64,000 nt of DNA from Selaginella moellendorffii (lineage: Eukaryota; Plantae; Lycopodiophyta). Location of the stretch: the NCBI RefSeq assembly GCF_000143415.4, contig NW_003314282.1, positions 949,374-1,013,373 on the forward strand, in the 5' to 3' direction. This document shows, piece after piece, positions 62,290 to 64,000 of the stretch. The notes below the pieces were generated by a model that did no database searches, was not told the origin of the DNA, and saw nothing but the letters and a program-made list of their open reading frames with translations. The position numbers and the translations under genes were made by a program. Positions within the stretch are counted from its first letter, which is position 1; each line of letters opens with the position of its first letter.

Positions 62290-63170
62290 TTGAAGCTGAG
62301 CGATGTAAAGCACCTCAAGGCCATGCAACGGCACCAAGAGGTGTGCTATGTTGAGGATCTGGGCTCAAAGTCTACACAGGTCCAGCTGCTTGGTGCCACT
62401 GGTGCTTGACTCTTGACAAACGTGGGCACTGCCTCGGAAGGTACTGGTGAGTGTGAGCCTGTTGAGCTTGGACAATCTGCACTTGCCCATGCAACACCCA
62501 CTCCACGTTGCACAAAGATGGCGAGAGCTCCACACGGGGTACCACATTGACAAAAATCCGCTGGAGCTTGGGCATGTCGAGCACGAGAGAAAAGTTGGCA
62601 ACGCTCCTGCCAGGGCCCTGTGGGCGCGAATCACCAGGCAGCCGAGGCTGTGACTCTTGAGCAAATGCGTCCCAGCCGACTCCACCAGCAGCTGGATCAG
62701 CCGGAAGTGGACGAGCGAGGGGCAGGAGCTGCTTCGTCATGGCCACGTCTGGAAGCGTGCAGTAGACGAGCGCGGGAAGAATTGAGCCGCTGCCTTGGTC
62801 GTAAGAGGGCCGCCAAGCTCGACACCATCGTTGATCTGGAGGCACCTTAGCTGCTGGCAGGTGAGAATGCTGGACCAGAAACCATCCACACTGACGCTGA
62901 TGGTAAGGGAGTGGAGGGTTTTTCCAATCACCGGTAGCCAGTCAAGACAAGAGCATAGCTGTTTTGAGGAACCTGTCAAAGACAGGGAGTGGAGATTGCT
63001 GCTGCTGCTGCTGCCAAAGGAGACCCCGTTGCTCATGTTCACCGGTAGATTCCAACCTGAAATGCGTGACGAGCCTTGCCAGCTGTGCCCACCTCTTGTT
63101 CACCAGTGCGAGGAGGTGAGGAGGGACAGGATCCAGATGAGAACGTCGTCGTGAAGATTGTCCATGGAAC
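62290..63170 (-). pseudogene. F-box/LRR pseudogene (exon 1 only, frameshifted)
   Basis: Closely matches 34080-35290 but lacks the 293-nt insertion; 3' exon absent. Confidence 0.85.
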
Positions 63171-63249
63171 TCAGATTGTTCCTCACTGCCCATTGATATT
63201 GTGGCAGTCCAAAAAATTGTAATTATAATATTTCAAATTACTCCAAAAT

Positions 63250-63780
63250 TTGCCTATCAAACTCTACTCGTGGCTCCAAGACTCCATGTTGCCATGGTGC
63301 TGTCCTCAATCGACAAGAGCTCCTCCACAAACACATCAGTCTGAAAGTATTTGCCATCCATGCTTCCAGATCCATAGAATATATTCAAACTCGACAAGCG
63401 GCTGCTTCTCCATGAAGACAGATTGAACTCCGTTAATCTCCTCCAGAAACTCATCATCCACTCACATTTCCTCGAAACTACCCATGCTTTTTGTTGCAGC
63501 TACAAAACATTGGCATCATTATTGCACAAAAACTTCCTGCCCAGCTTGAACAATTCCATCTCCAAAATCACTCAAGGAGGGTGAGGATACTAATGGTGGT
63601 GGCGAGCTCCTCCAGTGCGTGTCTTGACAATGGGTTCCATTTGAGGTGGCAAAATCTTGGGAGGTCATGAGGATGTAGCTTTTGACCATGTCCGAGAAGT
63701 AACACGAATCAAGTATTGGTCCCATATTTTCTTAGTGATTCCATAGATGCGATTTAGGAAGGAGCTCTTTCTTTTCTCAG
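63250..63780 (-). pseudogene. 'Gene U' remnant
   Basis: Near-identical to 35365-35715, plus one gaggtggcaaa..gattccatag unit. Confidence 0.55.
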
Positions 63781-64000
63781 CATGGGTTGAGTTCCATGAA
63801 CGGTTTCAGGGATGGAATGGTTGAAGCTGATCAGGAAGTTTATGTTTTCCAGCAGCAACATGAATTCAGGGGCGAGACAGGGTTTTCAATGGATGATGAG
63901 TTTCTGGAGAACCAGCACGGAGTTTGATCAGTCTTGGATGGAAAAGCAGCCGTATGTCAAGTTTGACAAGCCCCTAGAACAGGAACCAAGCAAGGGGCCG

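Overview
Eukaryotic, land-plant genomic DNA. The very short GT-AG introns (about 55-80 nt), GC-rich exons and gene content suggest the lycophyte Selaginella; this is inference and unverified. The window is dominated by a locally amplified multi-gene module. It contains a one-intron F-box/LRR-like gene with 4 copies intact after splicing (all + strand: 2128, 18979, 38849, 59339) and about 10 broken copies or fragments. These travel with intron-containing DMC1 fragments (3 copies), fragments of an 8-Cys LTP-like gene (parent copy intact at 54404-55079), and remnants of an unidentified repeat-protein gene. About 1.8-13.6 kb and 19.0-36.4 kb form the two arms of a very large imperfect inverted duplication that also includes a decayed Ty3/gypsy-like element. 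Single-copy features are a kiwellin-like gene (877-1563), a PP2A B' regulatory subunit (55649-57337), tRNA-Leu(CAA) (58640-58723), a gag remnant with a zinc knuckle, and a roughly 4 kb AT-rich degenerate tandem repeat. Boundaries of pseudogenes and repeats are approximate, read by eye.
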